Of a stretch of DNA of 19,203 nucleotides, positions 16,558 to 19,203 are shown one piece after another (position 1 is the stretch's first letter; each line of letters begins with the position of its first letter). This stretch comes from a virus. The notes under the pieces were generated by a model. It worked only from the letters and a program-made list of their open reading frames with translations. It did no database searches and had not been told where the DNA came from. The stretch is taken from UHGV virus genome UHGV-0124605; one strand, written 5' to 3'. The position numbers and the translations under genes are program-made.

Positions 16558-19203
16558 ATGACAGACATTACAGCCAATGTTGTAGTGAGCATGCCTTCGC
16601 AACTCTTTACTATGGCCCGCTCTTTTAAAGCCGTAGCTAATGGCAAAATTTATATCGGTAAAATTGACACTGACCCAGTAAATCCTGAAAACCAGATTCA
16701 GGTTTATGTGGAGAATGAAGACGGTTCTCACGTTCCTGTTTCGCAACCTATAATCATTAACGCTGCTGGATATCCGGTATATAACGGACAGATTGCCAAG
16801 TTCGTAACTGTGCAAGGCCATTCTATGGCTGTTTATGATGCGTATGGTGCACAGCAGTTCTATTTTCCTAATGTGCTGAAGTATGACCCGGATCAGTTTA
16901 AACAAAAAGTATTATCAAATGATATGCTAAATATGTCTCCTCTTTATTTTGGAGCTAAGGGGGATGGGATTAGCGATGATACTGAAGCATTTGTCGCGTT
17001 GGAAATGGATATAAAAAATAGGGTTATTGATTTAAGTGGAAGAGCATTTTTTGTTACTAAAAGTTTTATTGAAAATAGCTATATAAATGGTTCTTTTATT
17101 CGTGATGGCAGTAAACGAATTGCGATTGGTGATCTTAAATTAAGAGATAAAAGAGAGCCATTGATATTTTCCGGAATGCCAAAAGTATATAACACCAGAC
17201 ACACGTTGCGCAGAACTGAAGGTGCGGGTGGTTTATATGCGGTCATTCAGGGGTGTTGTTATGATGAAATTAACGACAAGATTTTTACTTTATCATCTAC
17301 CACAGCATACGGTTATTGCATTAATGCCTTTGACGTGACGAATTCTGGTGAACTAGGAAGATACGACAGAACCCGTTCTACTGAACTTGGGCATCAGGGG
17401 CTTGGATTGCATCATAATCCTGATGGTACTGTCGTGCTGTGGACATCGAAGCCTTATGGAACCGATGCCGCCAATCAATGTATTTCGATGGAAAATATAT
17501 TGAGTTACACAGGGACAACCAACGGAGTATCTGAAGGTTTTATCACCTGGAAGTTGTTCCCCTATGATGGAATGAGCGCAAGCTCTACTCCAACTGTATC
17601 AAGTTGTGAAAACTATCTCCTTGCCAAGAAAATTTCATCGGATGGAATTACCTGCACGGTTCGTGTTTTCGACATAGTCAGCATGTGGAATAACAGAGCT
17701 CATAAAACTGATTATAGTGATGATTATTTAGTTGAGTTTAGCTATCAAAAACCATCACAAGAAGCATTTACCCAATCAATTGCTTGCGATGGGGCATACA
17801 TTTACATACTTGAGTCACATACGTATGTTGGCATGACTAATTATATTTACGTATTTGACTTAACAGGCAGGTTTATTGAGCGAGTAGATATTTCAACTGT
17901 TGGTGATGATGAAGCAAAATCTGACAGTACAGGAACTCCTGTTTATAAAGAGCCTGAGTCCCTAACAGTAATTAGAACGGAGAGTGGGTATGTTTTAACG
18001 CTGGGGATATGCACATATAAAGGAGTTGCTGAGAACGGGAAAAATGTATATCTGTTTGATATAGGCAGGTCTGGTTCGGTAGTGCAAAGCAAAGCAAGCC
18101 GTTCTGTATCCAGTAATACTGGTCTTCATAGTTCTGGCTCCCCGGAGTTCAAATATGGAGTAAGGGAGTACAATGATACTTTTCACTGGACAGTTTGGCC
18201 AACAAGAAAGGGTATTCAAACTAACCGGGATAACCCTATATTGTTTCTTGATGGCGGAATTACTGGTGGAATGCAGTTAGCTTCAAACGGCACGGAAGGG
18301 ATGAGCAACTCATGGGTTTCCCGGCATCAGTCAGACACCGCAGAAGGACCAAGAGCAATAATGTATAAGTCTCGCTCTGGTGTTGTATCAACTGATAATT
18401 TTGGAGCTCTGCAGACAGGGGATGTATTGGGTACTCATGTATGGGCCGGTGATACAGGTAGCAAGGCTGTGCAATGCGCACGCATTAAATGCGTCACAAG
18501 AGGTAATCCTTCCGGAGACAATATCCCGGTTGCTTTCTACTTTGGAACCATGGGTGAGAGTGACGGCTTGCGTGACAGATGGGTATTAACAGAATTAGGT
18601 CATTTTCGACCATCAGGTTCAAATATTTATGATATTGGTACACAGTCGAATACTGTCAGAAACCTGTATATAAATAATAGCCCCATTGTAACCAGCGACA
18701 GAAATCACAAGCAGGATGAAGCTTCATTATCTGATGCAGAACTACGGGTTGGAATGGCTATTTACCCGCTGATAAAAAAATTCAGAATGAAGGATGCTGT
18801 AAAAGAAAAAGGCTTGTCAGCGCGTGAGCATATCGGTGTAATTGCGCAAGATATACAATCCATCTTTGAATCTGAGGGGCTTGATGCATTTTCTTATGGG
18901 GTTCTTTGCTATGAAGAGTGGGATGATGAGTATGAGAAAGTCTATGCAACAAGAAATGTGACCAGAAAAATTTTAATTGATGAAGAGTCTGGTCAGTATG
19001 ATGAAATCACAGAGGAAGAAGAGTATGAAACTGGTGAAGTAAGGTTAATTATGGAATCAGGAAGAAAATTATCAGTGCGCTATGACGAGTTAATGTTTCT
19101 GGCAATGAGCGCACTATATCATCACCATGAGCAGGATATTGCCAATATCACATCAAAGATTAATAATCTGGAAAAATTATTAAAGTTAACACTAAATGGT
19201 TGA
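16558..19203 (+). CDS. 9: Tailspike protein, mosaic: P22 gp9-type head-binding domain, uncharacterised central receptor-binding/depolymerase-like domain, endosialidase-type C-terminal intramolecular chaperone (peptidase S74-like)
   Basis: 881 aa. Residues 1-113 match the P22 tailspike head-binding domain from memory ([11 protein letters not shown]...[33 protein letters not shown]...QGHSMA.YDA.G.Q....NVLKYDPDQ). The centre begins with a [13 protein letters not shown] motif. The C-terminus ([11 protein letters not shown]...HIGVIAQDI...[10 protein letters not shown]...) resembles the K1F endosialidase chaperone domain. TGA stop is at the window end. Confidence 0.93.
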   Translation: MTDITANVVVSMPSQLFTMARSFKAVANGKIYIGKIDTDPVNPENQIQVYVENEDGSHVPVSQPIIINAAGYPVYNGQIAKFVTVQGHSMAVYDAYGAQQFYFPNVLKYDPDQFKQKVLSNDMLNMSPLYFGAKGDGISDDTEAFVALEMDIKNRVIDLSGRAFFVTKSFIENSYINGSFIRDGSKRIAIGDLKLRDKREPLIFSGMPKVYNTRHTLRRTEGAGGLYAVIQGCCYDEINDKIFTLSSTTAYGYCINAFDVTNSGELGRYDRTRSTELGHQGLGLHHNPDGTVVLWTSKPYGTDAANQCISMENILSYTGTTNGVSEGFITWKLFPYDGMSASSTPTVSSCENYLLAKKISSDGITCTVRVFDIVSMWNNRAHKTDYSDDYLVEFSYQKPSQEAFTQSIACDGAYIYILESHTYVGMTNYIYVFDLTGRFIERVDISTVGDDEAKSDSTGTPVYKEPESLTVIRTESGYVLTLGICTYKGVAENGKNVYLFDIGRSGSVVQSKASRSVSSNTGLHSSGSPEFKYGVREYNDTFHWTVWPTRKGIQTNRDNPILFLDGGITGGMQLASNGTEGMSNSWVSRHQSDTAEGPRAIMYKSRSGVVSTDNFGALQTGDVLGTHVWAGDTGSKAVQCARIKCVTRGNPSGDNIPVAFYFGTMGESDGLRDRWVLTELGHFRPSGSNIYDIGTQSNTVRNLYINNSPIVTSDRNHKQDEASLSDAELRVGMAIYPLIKKFRMKDAVKEKGLSAREHIGVIAQDIQSIFESEGLDAFSYGVLCYEEWDDEYEKVYATRNVTRKILIDEESGQYDEITEEEEYETGEVRLIMESGRKLSVRYDELMFLAMSALYHHHEQDIANITSKINNLEKLLKLTLNG

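Noticed and set aside
16522-16905. 127-aa ORF on the - strand overlapping the tailspike 5' end, considered as a possible arc/ant remnant
   Set aside because: It is antisense to the conserved P22-type head-binding domain and its translation bears no resemblance to Arc or Ant. The open frame is probably a by-product of the sequence encoding the opposite-strand gene.
16900-18690. Endosialidase (K1 capsule) specificity for the tailspike central domain
   Set aside because: Although the C-terminal chaperone is endosialidase-like, I could not find clean sialidase Asp-box motifs (S-x-D-x-G-x-T-W) in the central domain; the chaperone module is also found on non-sialidase fibres, so specificity is left open.
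1-19203. CRISPR arrays, tRNA/rRNA genes, integrase, attachment sites or IS elements
   Set aside because: No direct-repeat/spacer periodicity, no tRNA-like cloverleaf segments, and no integrase or transposase-like translations were seen; the window appears to lie wholly inside the late and immI regions of the phage.

Overview
This window is the late (morphogenetic) region of a P22-like temperate podovirus (Lederbergvirus-type, probably a prophage of E. coli/Salmonella/Shigella). All homology statements come from reading the translations and recalling P22 protein sequences; no database search was run. Left to right on the + strand: a Rha-family regulator, a small ORF, terminase small subunit (with a P22-type pac site inside it), terminase large subunit (GTG start), portal, scaffold, coat, a hairpin terminator, a small charged ORF, gp4, gp10, a tail needle with an expanded coiled-coil repeat, gp14-like, and ejection proteins gp7, gp20, gp16. 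Nearly all adjacent late genes overlap or abut at start/stop codons. After gp16 comes an accessory island where P22 has sieA/hkcC: two divergently transcribed lipoprotein genes that I cannot assign to any known family. I rate this the most likely novel element, a candidate superinfection-exclusion or lysogenic-conversion module. Next is an Mnt repressor gene on the - strand with arc and ant absent, so an Mnt-operator-like palindrome lies 58 bp upstream of the tailspike gene. The tailspike is mosaic: P22-type head-binding domain, an AT-rich foreign central domain, and an endosialidase-type C-terminal intramolecular chaperone with a conserved Ser/Lys dyad. No tRNA, rRNA, CRISPR array, integrase or transposase was seen.
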